Source: Basidiobolus meristosporus CBS 931.73 (taxonomy: Eukaryota > Fungi > Basidiobolomycota). From it: a stretch of DNA of 64,000 nucleotides. Under the pieces are notes generated by a model. That model made no database searches, had not been told where the DNA came from, and saw nothing but the letters and a program-made list of their open reading frames with translations. The stretch spans positions 25,113 to 89,112 of the forward strand of contig MCFE01000349.1 of NCBI GenBank assembly GCA_002104905.1, given 5' to 3'. A program made the translations under genes and the position numbers. This document shows positions 25,529 through 39,304 of this stretch, piece by piece (the first letter of the stretch is position 1; each line of letters starts with the position of its first letter).

Positions 25529-26324
25529 ATGTCTAGTTGCTTCGGTTCAAAGATTGCTCAGCGCAAGTTACTCATCCTCGGTGACGGTGCCTGCGGGAAA
25601 ACCTCCCTTTTGAACGTATTTACACGTGGTTACTTTCCAGAGGTATTTGATGAAACCGTATCAGAGCCCAGGGTTCCCTGCAAACTAAACCCACGCTTCT
25701 TCGGCTAGACTTACGAGCCCACGGTATTCGAGAACTATGTGCACGAGATCAGTATAGACCGAAAGACCGTGGAATTCTCGCTTTGGGATACTGCCGGTAG
25801 GTAGTTCAGGGGAAGCAACGCTGCCTGGACCTGTATTGACTCATTTGCTTTTATCAAGGTCAAGAGGATTTCGATCGACTCCGCACACTGTCGTACTCTG
25901 ATACACACGTAATCCTCTTGTGCTTCTCCGTTGAAAGCAGGGACTCCTTGGAAAACATTGAGGCCAAGTGGCTTGACGAGATCCTTGAATACGCCCCCGG
26001 GGTTAAGATTGTGCTGGTAGCACTAAAATGCGATCTGAGAAAAGATGAAAAAACCTTGTATAACCTTGCTGAAGTAAAGGACGCCCCGATATCCTACGAC
26101 GAGGTTAGTTTTTCTTAGCATTACCCAGTGCTCTTGGGCGTTTACCGATCCAAATGTCGAAGGGGCTCGCTCTTGCCAGAAGAATCCAGGCTGTCCGATA
26201 CTCCGAATGCTCTGCTAAATGCAACCGCGGAGTCAAAGAGGTTTTTGAGCAAGCTGCTCGTATAGCACTCAATGCTAAAGTGAATGGAGAGAATAGATCG
26301 GGCAGCTCGTGCCTGATATTGTAA
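25529..26324 (+). CDS. RHO3: Rho3 GTPase, 4 exons
   Basis: [33 protein letters not shown] (Rho3 effector loop), [33 protein letters not shown]. Confidence 0.94.
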
Positions 26325-26630
26325 CCCTACCGATACATCTGTTTATACCTGCATCCTGTTCAAATACAATAAATAATGATTAGCCACAGAGTAAAGCGAG
26401 GAATTGCACTCGGAGAAGTGACACCGTATGGACATTCTATTTATTCAAGTTAGAGTTACAAGAGTCACAAAGCTATTAATCCAATGAGGCAAAAATGTCG
26501 ACGTGCAATTAAGTTAGACGGTTAATGAGGTGAAACATTCGAGTTACGTTAGGGGTATTAGATGTGTTAATCCATGATGAACATAAAATACATTATTGAT
26601 ACAATTTTTACAGAATATGATGAGTAATAT

Positions 26631-27556
26631 TTACTGACAGACAAGCTTGACTTGGCTATCAATGGATCCGTTCAGTAGAGAATAGAAGGGACTCCGGTGT
26701 GCGGGGAAATCTATATCTGGATAGAAGGCACGGAGCCATGCATCCTGGTCGAAATCAAGATCACCACCCAGCTCGCTGACAAGGCTTTCTTTCCCAACCA
26801 TCTCGAATAGCTGTTCCTGGTAATCACCACTCAGGAGTTTTACTCGTTTGACCAGCTTGGACTTCATGAAGTTGCTAGACAAAGCCCAGAAGAATCTTAA
26901 CCATGGGGGCGGGTTTATCAGAAACACTGATCCAAGCTTGACTGGGACTTTGTTTTGGATACTTTCGAACATTAACTCGACTAAGCCTTTGTTTCCACTG
27001 GACTGAAGTGACACGTTAGGGCCTGCTAGGGAGCAATGAAATATGTTGGGTACGAACCATGGAATTTTCGAAAATGCTGACTAAGCATATGCCTTGTTCC
27101 TGGTATATAGACAGCTCCATCATATTCTCGAGAAAGTACCAAATGGTTTTCAGAATCTCTGGTTGCTCTAAATGGTTTTCCAGTATCCGGTCGAAAAACA
27201 CGATAACCATTTGCCGGCTTTCCATGTCAGTTGTGCCCGGGATGGATATGAATTTCGAGAGAAGAGGATTTCTTATGTCTTGTGCAGTTAACCTTGGAGG
27301 CGGGTAAGTATGAGAGCAACACGAAATGCGAGTGTAAGCATATATACCTAGTAGTTCCTATCTTTTCGGACCTGAACTGCCAGTAGTTTTGCAGCATTTT
27401 CATGGCCGATTTTACATGGTCGTTTTTATAGCGAAGAAAGGATGTGAGGAAGCTATCTAGGTTGTGCGAAGACTCACAGAAGCTGTGAATCTCTTGAGAA
27501 AAGGGTTTCGTATCCAGTAGTTCTTTAAAGTGGTCTAGTGCAGAGGGTTCAATCAT
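26631..27556 (-). CDS. CRAL-TRIO (Sec14-like) lipid-binding protein, multi-exon
   Basis: CRAL-N-like FLTSFLRYKNDHVKSAMKMLQNYWQFR and C-terminal VPVKLGSVFLINPPPWLRFFWAL...KLVKRV...LVSELGG. Confidence 0.85.
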
Positions 27557-28461
27557 GTTGAAGAATAACAGGCCTATGGAGGCGGACGGGTGGGTGCTAT
27601 TTAAGAATGTCTGGAAACAGGAAAAAAAGGATGTGGAACACAACGGTGGTACCCGTCATGCTCACCATATAAGATAAAGTAATTTGCTCAACCCTGGTCT
27701 TAATACAAACAAAGAGGAAAATTTCAGACATTCGTCACTCTTAATTAATTAATTATTCCATCACCGCTCCTTGGCCGATTCAAACTCAGGCACTGGTCAA
27801 CGTGCGCAGGAAACAGAAAAGCAGGTCTAGAACGAATCATTTACACTATTGACCGGCAACCATTTTCATTGGTTTTAGCCGTGCCTGTATTGGACTAATA
27901 GCTTGAAAGGTAACCATTGTATATCCAAGAATAAGTTTGGGTCTATTGATACACAAAGCGGCTGAAGCACTGATTTTTCAATAACTGATACAGCAAACAG
28001 AGCCTCCCCAGATTTATATAATTGATTGAGTAGTAGATGAGCATCAGTAATGATGTAGCGTGAGATTCAGATTAATAATGATGGGTTGTAAGATTACTGT
28101 CTGCGGATTAGATGCTCTTGGCGACAACTGTTGTTTGACGTGCAATCGGCACGCTGGGCACCTTTTGGCATATATGGGCGGTACCTGGAGAAAGGCAAGC
28201 ATGTATTGTAAGCAAGGGCAACTTCAACAAACTGGACAGCTTGTGCAATGTGTTAGTAGGGAAACGTGGAGAATTGTTAAGTCACAGTTAGGAGTGACAT
28301 CATACTAGCAGGAAATCAAAACAGTGATGACAAGTCACACATTTTGATGCGTGAAACAACAGGTCAGAGATTTACGCCCGTTCCCATATTCATACTACGT
28401 CTCATATTAATACCATATCACATGGTAATTACAAATCACCTCAGGCGCTGGAAAGCTCACC

Positions 28462-28550
28462 CATCCACTGCTAATCGATGGGCCATGCTCATCCACTGCT
28501 AATCAATAGGCCATGCTCATCCACTGCTAATCAATAGGCCATGCTCATCC
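28462..28550. repeat. 28-bp tandem repeat, about 3.2 copies
   Basis: Unit CATCCACTGCTAATCAATAGGCCATGCT, intergenic between the CRAL-TRIO and DDHD genes. Confidence 0.9.
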
Positions 28551-29379
28551 TCAACTAATCAAAACCCTCAAGGGCCTTTCTTACACATGTCTCAACGGCA
28601 GGTTCCGAGGTGCCATTCATCGATCATTCAATCGAATTAATCGATCTCACAGCCCTTGAATTGTCATCCGGATTTCCAGTAACTCCGCAGTATGGAAAAT
28701 TCTTCGGTGACTTGGTTATGCCTGTAAGACTAGCCGTATTCTAAAAAATTTGCCCAAATCATTACATACATTATCGCCAACTGCCAACGAATCTACGGAA
28801 TTGAGAATCCTTTTTTGGTGGACGACCATTCTATTGGACTCCGGTCAATCTGCTCGTGGGCAGTAACATGTGAATATACTGTGGTGGAATGGCAACCTCT
28901 CTGGAAGCCGATATGTTCTCTGAATATACCTCAGCGTATAGGCATGCTACTGTGGATTTGAGTGGATATGGATGATACGTTAGTACCGGGTGTGTAAGAA
29001 TGCTGCTTTGGAATTGAATGATGGCTCCATTAAGTAATGGAACATTCGTCACCCAGCGATCAAGCATCCTCGGGTTAATTGATTATGTAGTTTCCGAAGA
29101 ATAGCAATCTGCTGGTTATGGTTCGTGGTAGGTTTCCTAATTTATACACACTGTATAAGGTGATAACGGGATAACCCAAAAATTTTCTTAAAGGAGTTAT
29201 GAGTTCATATATAACCACCGTCTCGTCGATACATCCAATACATCGCCCCTTGATCTTGACTGTATATACAAATATTATTATTTCTCCATACACTTAATAT
29301 TGCGATGATTGCTCAGGTTAGCCCTACAAATGGTACCGGTTCTTCACATGTACTCTGACTTCTCTTCAAGTTACTTACT

Positions 29380-30732
29380 CCATTGTCGTTTATCAGAGAC
29401 GCATGTAATGTTTGTCGTCCATGGCATAGGCCCCACCTATGAGGGGGAGCACACTTTCACCGAAAATGGTACGTATTCTTTGACTGGGGAAGACCGATAG
29501 GCTCGCTTACTAAGCTTCGTTTTTAGTGACCGGATTTCGAAAGGCCTTCAGAAAAGTCTCCAAGCATGAACGTAGTCTACGTGATGTGAATGTAGAGCTG
29601 ATTCCTATTGGTATGTGCTTAACTATCGGGAATACTTTTAGCCTGTTTTCTAAGCAATCTTCCTGTAGAATGGCATACGTCTCTGCACAAGCTTGTCAAC
29701 AACAATATGGACAACATTACTCCGAAGTATTGTCCACCGAACGTGAAAAACCTTCAGCATGAATACCTAGCTGATATCCTATATTATTTCACTCAAGATC
29801 GCGGCCAGCATATAGTGGACACTGTTGCTAACTCGATGAACGAAGAATACGACAGATACATGAAAGAACACCCAGATTACAATGGAAAATTCTCCCTTAT
29901 CGGATACAGTTTGGGCGGGATCTGTTGTTATGATATCCTCTGTGGTCAAGAGGACGCAGCCAATGCCAAAGGACGAGCCAAATTCAATATCCATGTGCCT
30001 AAATTGAAATTCAAGCCGTCGTTTTTCTTCTCCATGGGTAGCCCAATTGCTGCTGTCATGGTGATGAGAAATCAAACATTCGACCAATACAAGGTCCCTG
30101 ACTACTGCATTCACCACAACATCTTCCATCCATACGACCCTTTTGCCTATCGAATGGAGCCGATGATCGATGAAAAGTACAGGGAACTGACGCCCAACGT
30201 TTTGCCTATATTCTCAAGCCCAAGGTTTAATCTGAACAATCGCTTAAGTTTCGGCTCTTTTCTCCCGCCCAAAGTCAAGTCACCCTCCCTCCCTGTTCCG
30301 CACATCAGTATTGCCGCCACTTTCGCCTCTCTTTTGTCCAGAGTTGGCAGTCAAAATAAGGATTTTGATGACCATATCTCAAGCACTCAGATGGCCCATG
30401 TGGAGGAGCAAGTGAACAATGACTCTTCAACTGACGAGGAGATCATCGCGGATATTCCGCGTAGTGCATCGCCTGAATCCTTCGAGAGCACAGACACCCC
30501 TGAGCATATCATCCACAGTGAAGAGCCATATCTTCCTCCGCTCAAATACCGTATCGATTACTCACTCCACGAGAGAATTCGGATCGACAATGTGGCACAG
30601 CGGTATATGCTCACCCTCAAGGCACACTTCAGCTACTGGGAACACCGCGATGTTGCTCGCCATATCCTGGAAACTGTACACCAGGGCTTTGATGCCGAGC
30701 TCTCTCTTCCAGTGAATCAATCCGTTTGCTGA
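29380..30732 (+). CDS. DDHD-domain phospholipase A1 (5' exons probably extend upstream toward 28.7 kb)
   Basis: VMFVVHGIG, ELIPI/EWH, LADILYY, lipase motif IGYSLGG, FSMGSP, NIFHPYDPFAYRMEP, RIDY, AHFSYW. Confidence 0.9.
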
Positions 30733-30883
30733 TATCACCTGACCTATATATGTCCTTTATTTCGCTACCTAACCTAACAATTACATTCATATGTGTATAA
30801 TATATACGCTCTGTTAACGCATTAGAGTTTCGAGCAATGTACAGAAAATAAATCCCAATTTTCACATGATTATCGGATTAATA

Positions 30884-32240
30884 TTATATTATTATACTTT
30901 TGGTAATTGTGGGCAAGTAATACGGAACCTGTCCCTTCATACGTGATAATATTTGCCTAGAGTCAAACACATACACTAAACCATTCTCTTTCGATTCAGA
31001 AGCGAGGTACTTGAGCCAACAAGGAGGAGGCTTAGGAATAGTAAGCAAAAGCACCTTGCGTATGAGCTTGTTCCTCTCCATTTGAGCGAGGAATCGGTGG
31101 TGTCGATACTTCTTGTCCCTGAGAGATTTTGTACCGAATCTTCCTTAGTCTTAAATAATGCAAAGATAGTGGGTACAAGGCTACTAAAGATATAGAGTTG
31201 TTCTCTCGAATTTTTCTCTGCCTATAATTTCATGAAAGTGTTGGCGTCCGAAGAGCAGCAAATACTTTAGTATTGAGTCCTACACGGCATATCAATGATA
31301 CAACTCTGGTGCGCTTCCAGCGAAAACTTGTCCAACCGAGCTGGGGAGATTTTTCAACGTAGCCGAGGCAAGATACTTCGTAATCAGCTAACCAAATACT
31401 TTGTGGCCTCAGTAATGTACGAGTTATACACCCCACTACAAGGTCCTCAGCCCTTGGGAAAGCGAGGCAGTTGGTCTAGACCGACTTCTCGTTTGATGAT
31501 AACATGTCAAACGGTCCCTTGAAACATGAAGAATGTCGGTGCTTTTTGTTATGGCATTTGAGTGTTCTATTTTAACGCAACGGCCTAGGCTTGTAGATAC
31601 CATAAACATGTTGTTTTTTCTCAAGTCACGAGGTTAGAACAGAGGCATATCTATGACCTCCTGGCTATCTTAAATATAAATACTTGTTGGAATCCTCCGA
31701 AGGAATTAACACTCGACCCAAAACTGACATGTATGTTTTATACCACTTGTATAATCGATACTCAAGGTGGCGAATTGTTGCAATTCTAGGCCGTCGGCCA
31801 TCGTCATATCCAAACACTCTATCCAAAGCTCCTTCTTTGCTGAATAGAGTCCGTAGTGGCAAACCCAATCAACAGTCAATACTGTTGAGCTCATATTTCG
31901 TTCTTTTTAGATTCATGCGGGTCAGAAGCAGTAAATAACCATATTACGTAAGACCATAGAGCAGCCAGAAACCGCTTTCTGCAGGCTGGCATTCACTCTT
32001 GAATTGAGAAGCCTTCGCCTTGTAAGTTGGTGCCAACATAAAACTCGTCTCAGACCTTTCCCCAAGTTGGATAGAACTGGTGCCTATTGGAAGCAATGCC
32101 ATGATTAAGTTGGACTGTACTCTTTCCATAACAGATATCAAGGAGATGTTGAATTCTGCGCTCAAAAAAATCCGCTCTGGGATAAATGAGTCATTGGCCG
32201 TGAAAATGGCCCATTTATGCTTATCATGTGACCCACCCAT
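30884..32240 (-). CDS. Hypothetical multi-exon protein, unidentified
   Basis: A chain of short minus-strand ORFs with protein-like composition fills the gap between the DDHD and Rxt3 genes. No recognisable motif. Confidence 0.35.
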
Positions 32241-32466
32241 TTATTTACCCTTAGTAAACACAGTTACTTTTGGGCCACCAACTACCAGATCAACAACGAT
32301 AGCGTGGGTCATGTGATTTGGGATTCTTTTCAAATAAAAATTGGGTCGTTTACAAGTTGGACATTCCCGTGCCAATTCCACTGACGATTTTCTCTTTTCA
32401 GTGGCAGGATATACTGTTCACTTTCAATCATTACTTCATACTCGGATTTTCTCGTAAGCTTCAGAC

Positions 32467-35400
32467 ATGGAGAATATCCCTCAGAAGCACCGATCCCAAT
32501 CCGTTGAATCGGGTTCGGCCGATCTACCTTCACCCTCAGTAACACATAGAGCACAGCAAATAGTCCACACACCTAATTCGTTTTCTCCTAGTACTGATCG
32601 TACGGAATCTGATTCTCACCCTAATAAAAGAAAAGCCTCCGCCTCATCGGATGGACATCTTCGGTCACCTTCCATTCCAATGAGCGATCCTCACGACCAC
32701 AAACGACTAAAAGGTTTAGAAAATACCTCGCCAATACGTAGCAAATCGCCTGGCTCTGTTAATTCAGGCACTTCAAGTGTAGCTCAAAGTCAAAATTCGC
32801 GGTCAGCCCAAGTGGCAGAGAACCCGGAAGCTCAAGTTCCACGCGATCTTACGCGAGTTTCTTCAGAAGGCGCGTCCTTACCCCGAATCAACTCGGAGTA
32901 CAGCGAAACTGCTGAGCCCGTTACTTCTTCGGAACAAGCACAAGGTAAATCTAGAAGCAATGGCACAAAAGGGCCATTCATTTTTCTCTTACTAAGCTGG
33001 ACGGTTTCTATTTTTCCCCTTTTGTCGCTTGTTTAGGACAAAGAGGGATATTAGATTACGGCCCTGGTTTAAGGAATAGCCCACAGCCTTCTCTCTCGCT
33101 GCCTTCTATTCGCCTTCCTTCAATGTCTAGTAGTTTCCCGTCGCTGCATTCAGGAAATACTTCCCCTCCTTTGCAGGCTTCCGGGGCTTATCCATATTCA
33201 GCAAATAGTGTATCTCCCTCCGGTTCGGCAGGTGGTCCAATACTTGCTTCTACTTATGAAGGACGTAGGTCCTCTTCCCCAAAGCCTTCTTTCCCGCCGA
33301 TCAGAAACATGGCCCCCTACTCCAGGGAAGTGCCCATCCTACCACCTATATCTGCCTCGAACTTGGATTCAGGTAATGCTATCTTTGCATCAAAACCTAT
33401 GTCCGTTTCGTCTATTCTAAGTTCCGGCAACGTACCTGAAGAGTCACAGGTGTTAGGTGGATCTAAAGAATACGAGGAAAGAAAACTGGTCGACTATCAT
33501 CAGCCCTTGGTGCAGTTCTCCTCTTCTATGAAGGCCGAAGAGCAAGGATCAAATGCCTTAGCGCAAATGCATCCTAATGCAGGACATGGTACACAAATGC
33601 AGCCGTCTGAATCGCAATTACGAGCTGGTGACACTGGAAGCATGGAGACAAATATCCCTCAGACTAAATACCCTGAAGCTGAGACGGCTAGCGAAGAGGA
33701 GGAGGAGATTATGGAAACTGGTGGCGTTGTCAATCGAGACCAGTCTGTGGTATCATCCCGTGGGGAAACCCCGTTGAGCTTTGCGGAGCCACCGGAGGAA
33801 GCCTCTCGCCAAAAAGTCAGTAAGAGAGCGATGGATTCTGAAAATGGATTTGGGAGCACACCACAGTTGATCATCAGAAACAATAAGCTTTATGATGTGA
33901 TGAAATCCGAAGATTTCCATCTAGGTAAGCCGGCGACGATCTAGCAACCTCTGTCTAGAAGACGATCTAACGCCGGGCATTTGTTTCTAGGATACACCGT
34001 TTATTCGCCGTTTACCACTCTGCCTATATTGGAGGGGAAAGAGAATGGGTTGCTGGAGGTTAGGGTTCCTGGAATTTATCTCAGCTTTGGCAATTCGAAA
34101 GTCCGAAAGCAGGCCATTTGGGGGACAGATGTGTATACAGATGACTCGGATGTTGTTGCAGGTAATAGGTTTGAGCAGGCGTCCTTCCTAAGCTATAATT
34201 AACCGAGTATCTGTATGTGAAATAGCTTTAATTCACTCCGGATTTTATACTCCACCCATGCCGAACCTAGTCAATGGAGACCTCAAACTGGCAATGAAGA
34301 ATATTGAATCTCTTCCGCATGCCAATCACGATCTGAGTGTGACTATACGGGTAATGCCCAAGCTCATCAAGTACGCATCGACAGTTCGTTATCGTATCAA
34401 AAGTCGTGAATGGGGTGACCATGATGGTGTAAGCTTCAAAATAGAGTCGGTTAAAGTTCTCAAAGTAAGTTGATCCCTGAAGCAAAGCCTTCGAAGTATG
34501 GCTACTAACGGTTGGTCAAGTTTGGAGAGGCACTTAGGAAGGGACGCAAACAAAGAAAAGAATTCATCCGGGCGAACGAACTGACGCGCCAGCGCGTTAT
34601 GAACTGTGTCATGGTAATTGAATAACATGGAATACCGAGCATTTGCGAGCTGCGCTAACCAACTATTTAGACAAACAACCCACACGTCATTTATACTGGA
34701 CTTTACGAGACCTCAGTCACCATTGTTTTCAACCGTAACAATGCCCCATGGTACATCTATTCACTGTTGTTTATCCTGTAACGATATCATCGATCCACTA
34801 ATGCAAAATTGTATCCAGCTACAAGTACCGCCCCAATCTCATACTGGCTCTTAAACAAGAAGATGCGGAGGAGGCCCCCGTATGGAATTTTAATCGATTT
34901 GGACAGGACACATTGTGCCTTGAGAATAATGAGCATAGGTTCGTCAACACTCTTGTTTTGTGATATGCGAACTTGCCTCTAATGGACTGTCGATTGCAAC
35001 AGCTATCACCTCACCAGAGCCCCTAAATCAGAGTCCACTGAAGATGAATCCCCCGAGCATTATCGACTAACGATCCACGCACTCAATGCTATTGATACCA
35101 ATAGTGATGGGGACTTTGTTGATTTGCTGTGGAATGACATTGCTTGGGTTGACCAGGGCATGTTGATCACCTCCAAGTGTGAGCCTCATCAAATTGAATT
35201 GCTGCGGGGGCAAGCTATACCAGAAGGTGTTTTGATTCCAGTTCAGTTTATGTATTGGATCACTCCTGAAATCATTGATCGCGTCAAAGCTGCCCGTCTT
35301 GAGAAAGAATTGGCCCAAAAGGCTACCACGCCTATTGCACAAGTTTCTGAAGACCCCGCACCCCCGGTGGTCGAGCCGGAAGCTGAAATCAAGGCTCCCT

Positions 35401-37625
35401 CGCCTGAAAAGGACTCTACCCCAATGGGTGATTCTCAGGACAATGCCGAAACTGAATCTATTCCTGTAGAAACCAAACCCGAGCCACCTTTAGACCAGGT
35501 TGAAACCACCACACCTACTACTGAGGATCAGAAAGATTCAGAAATGGTTGAAGATACAATCCTGGACGTTGTCATGGCTGACTCTGCGGCTGTCACAGAT
35601 GAGGCGGAGGTCCCAATTATTACACAGGCGGAAGAAGCCACTGATAAATCGGAGGAGAAAGAACCTCTGGTTCAATCAGAGAAGGTTGAGGCTGACCTAC
35701 CTGCTAATCCTCAGAATGATGATGTTCCTATCGCTCCAGAAGCAATGGAAGAGGCGGTTGAAGAAGCTGGTTCTATTGAGAAAGCAAATGAGCCTAAGCC
35801 ACAAGAGGGTGTGGAAGTTGTGATTGAGAAAACGATTGATGCCGTAGCAACTATCACCGATCCTGCACCTACAGTCGAGAGTAACACACCGCATGAAGTA
35901 CATGTAGAGAGCCCTGAACACATGGATATCGCAGAGAATGGTGGACTACCAGAAAGCAGCTCAGAGAAGCCTGAGGAAAACAATCAATCCACAGACACTC
36001 CTGAGATTCAGGCAGATGTAAAGGTTGATCAGCAAGTGGATGTGGAGATGCAAGACGAATCCACCGCGGACAAGCCTGATCGTATAGAATCAGAAGTGGA
36101 GGAGGGTGAAATAGATAGCGAGGTTGGCGAAATCAACGAGGAAAGCCAGAAGAAGGAAGAAACCCCCGAAGTGTTGGAAGCCAAGCCCGAAGATAGTGAA
36201 CAACCCAAGGAGGAGCCAAAGGAAGCCCCAGCTGTAGCAGAGCAACCACCAGAAGATAGCAAGTTAGAGCCACCCACTCAAGCTGAAGAATCGATATCGG
36301 AACCATCGCAATCTGAAGCGCAGCCTGATCTTGAGGTCTCTGGTATTTCTGTGAATGGAGACGAAAAAAGACCCTCGCTCCCGGATGAACTACCAGAAGA
36401 TAAAGGTAGCGAGCAGGCGGTGAAAGAATTTGCTGAAGCACATGAACCCAAAGAGGATGGTTTAGAAACTACGGAGACAAGCAACGATGTAGTCCTTGCG
36501 CCCAATGATAATGATGGTAGTGTGGAAATCGAAAAGGCGGAGGAAGGTGAAATATTGCCATCTGAAGTGGTAAGTGTGACACCAAGCGAACCCGAACCTG
36601 AAACGAGTACAGTCGAGCAAGACGTCCAGGAGGATGCTGGAAAAAAGGAAGAGCCCAAGGACTTCTCCGAGGAGCTCGAGGCTGGAGAGATTTCTCCGGA
36701 AGCCATGGACATTGATCCAGTTGTTTCGTCAAAATCCAACGGAAATAACGATAATGTCGATTTGCCCGTGGACAAGAGCCTTGAGAAGTCTAACCTCAGC
36801 GATGCCAAGCAGGAGCAGGAGCAGGAGCCAAAAGACGAATCGATCGAGGAGAGTGCTAAAGACGGCCAGAAACCGGCAGACTCCCCGATGGATACCGAGC
36901 CCGGGGAGATTGACCAATCCGCTCGCACGGAAAAGGACCGTGGTGAATTGGAGGGAAATGATGGCACAGCCAACAGTCCAAATTCCAAGGAGGACTCTGA
37001 CATGGAAGAAGGAGAGATCGATGACGACGACGATGGCGATGGGGGATTGAGCGATCCGCGTTCTAGCGTTAGATCCACCCAAAGTACATATCGAGGCCCT
37101 GATTTCAAATACAAAAATGACGACTTTAGAAAGGCCGGAGTAAAAGACAAAGGGGATAAACCATACGGGTTCTATGACCGACCTGAAAGATTCAAGGAGA
37201 GGTTCGATTACCGAAGGGATGAACGCAAGTTCGAGCGGGGCCGTGACAGAGCGGAGGAATACAAGCCTTACCGTCGCGAGGACAGACCTCGTGATCGCGC
37301 CAGGTACGAGCGAAGAGACGATATTCCCGGGAGTAGGTCGAGAAACGAACGTTATGACCGGTTTGCCAAGTCTCATGAGAGGTCAACCGAGCCAAAGGAA
37401 CCCAGAAATCGTCCGGACAAGGAGTATCCGGATTCCTCGAAACCCCATGGCTCCGCCTCTTCGGACAACGAAGAAGGTGAATTGACGGATCAGCCAAGCC
37501 CTTCGGCAAATATGAGCAAGTCCAGTGTGGTGAGATCATCCCACGATTCAAGCAGGAGGCCGTCAGAAACCTCGGGAAATGACCGAGAACATGACAAAGA
37601 TGGCCACCACGAATCCAGAGAGTAA
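32467..37625 (+). CDS. RXT3: Rxt3-domain (Rpd3L HDAC complex) protein with long acidic and R/D/E-rich C-terminal extension
   Basis: LLEVRVP...AIWGTDVYTDDSDVVA/ALIHSG and IKSREWGDHDGVSF are typical of Rxt3. Spliced continuation into the 833-codon ORF ending at 37625 is inferred from splice signals (acceptor about 35004). Confidence 0.8.
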
Positions 37626-38222
37626 GCCAACGTCAAGACTCTGTGTTTCGAACCTCACCCAACATCTCTTATTTTGGTTAGTTCTCTACATCTAAAAAGT
37701 TTTGTATAAATGTATATATAAATCATAATAAAATGGTCATGTTTGCGAATCTTGTCTCTACGCTAGGAATCTAGTCAATCAAGCTCTTCCAAAAGCCACT
37801 GCTATGACGCTAAAGGTACACTAATGCCACCTCTCATTGACCATCAATCGTACCTACTATCTTACGTATCTATGAGGTCATGAGATGGGGATTACACATA
37901 GCAAACCCATTGCCATTGGCGTGAGTCCAGCCTATTCAAACTCAATACCAATGATTAAAGCTTGGCCACGAATTAGAATTATGGAGTCAGACATAAATGA
38001 CCAGCACCTGGCCAACACACCAATGGTTATTTTGGTTTAGAGCGATAAGAGCGATCTTAGCTTTGGTTTCAAACTGATTTGGGATGGGTGAGATGGTCCC
38101 TAATGAAGTAACTTTCCGTCCCATTTTTAGCACCGTACTTGTCATGGGAGGTTTTGGCTTGGCGGGGAATATTTAAGCTCGCGGCTGTTCCTGACCCCAT
38201 TATAGTCGTTGTTGTTTCCTTG

Positions 38223-39220
38223 ATGAATTACACATTTCACCCTTGTCGCTGGGAGCAATGTTCACAGGCATTCCCTTCCCTCGAGTGCCTATACCTGCAC
38301 CTCACAAACGATCATGTGGGACGAAAGTCCACCAGCAACCTGTGCCTGCAGTGCCGCTGGGAGGGATGTCAAGTAACCACGCTCAAGAGAGATCATATCA
38401 CTTCACATTTGAAGGTTCACGTACCTCTCAAGCCATTCTCATGTCAGGTAAGATCTGCTGTTACTCCGACATACAAGACAACAAAGTAACCATGTTGGGA
38501 CTAGTACTGCGCCAAAACGTTCAAACGACGCCAGGATATCAGAAAGCATGAAAAGACCCACCAGCATTCCAGGGCCAGGAGGCACTCATTGCACTCTCCA
38601 GACCGAAGTCGACCGGAGCATGGGAAACAGGCCCTCTCACGGTCAAGCTCTATATCCTTGCCAGTGTCACACTGCGATGGTCAGACAGAAGGTAATTTAC
38701 TTATTGGCAACACCATCTATCCGATAGAATGGGCACCAATCTATTGACCAACATTCATCCAGCTTTGTTTAATCCACCTACGCGATACGTGCCCTATTGG
38801 CCATCGCCCGTTCAATCAGGAAAGCCTAGTCATGTAAATCTGGGCATTGCAAATAACCTCCACCTTGGTAGTAAGTAGAGGTTTCATGAGCCATCGAAAG
38901 GCAAGACGCAATATTCACCAGGTATAGGTCACCCCAACATCAACCCACATACAACAGTGGATGGGCCATCCGCACCTCAGTACGAAACGCTCTGGAACGC
39001 AAGCTCAATAGAAGAGGTATACCAGCCAAAGATCCACCTGAAACCCAACATCTCCGACACCAATCCCTTCACGGCCACCTGCGACCCCAGCGACCCGATA
39101 TCAAGCGCCACATCGATTGCTCAGCATCCAGAGGAGATGGCTTCGAACGAATTCTTGCGATGGCTACAATCTCGCTTGGATTCGATTCGAATCGGTAAAC
39201 CGGGAAGACGTGGCCACTGA
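38223..39220 (+). CDS. pacC: PacC/Rim101-family C2H2 zinc-finger transcription factor, short form
   Basis: [24 protein letters not shown]...[39 protein letters not shown] is the PacC three-finger signature. The 3' exons are tentative. Confidence 0.88.
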
Positions 39221-39304
39221 AAATCATGGTGATTCGCCGGCGCCTGGTCCTGGTAACAATCAATATGGTTTCCACAATCATGGTTTCCCTGGATTCCCCT
39301 CTCC

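Noticed and set aside
24160-26324. Adjacent Rab5 and Rho3 genes as a functional cluster or tandem duplication
   Set aside because: Different GTPase subfamilies with different intron positions, and nothing in the sequence supports co-regulation.
28462-28550. 28-bp repeats as a CRISPR array or regulatory system
   Set aside because: The units are directly adjacent without spacers; this is an ordinary minisatellite.
35275-37551. Long overlapping ORFs on the opposite strand and in other frames (e.g. 36278-37150, 36729-37376)
   Set aside because: Shadows of the low-complexity E/D/R-rich coding sequence, giving S/F/L-rich antisense frames with no motifs.
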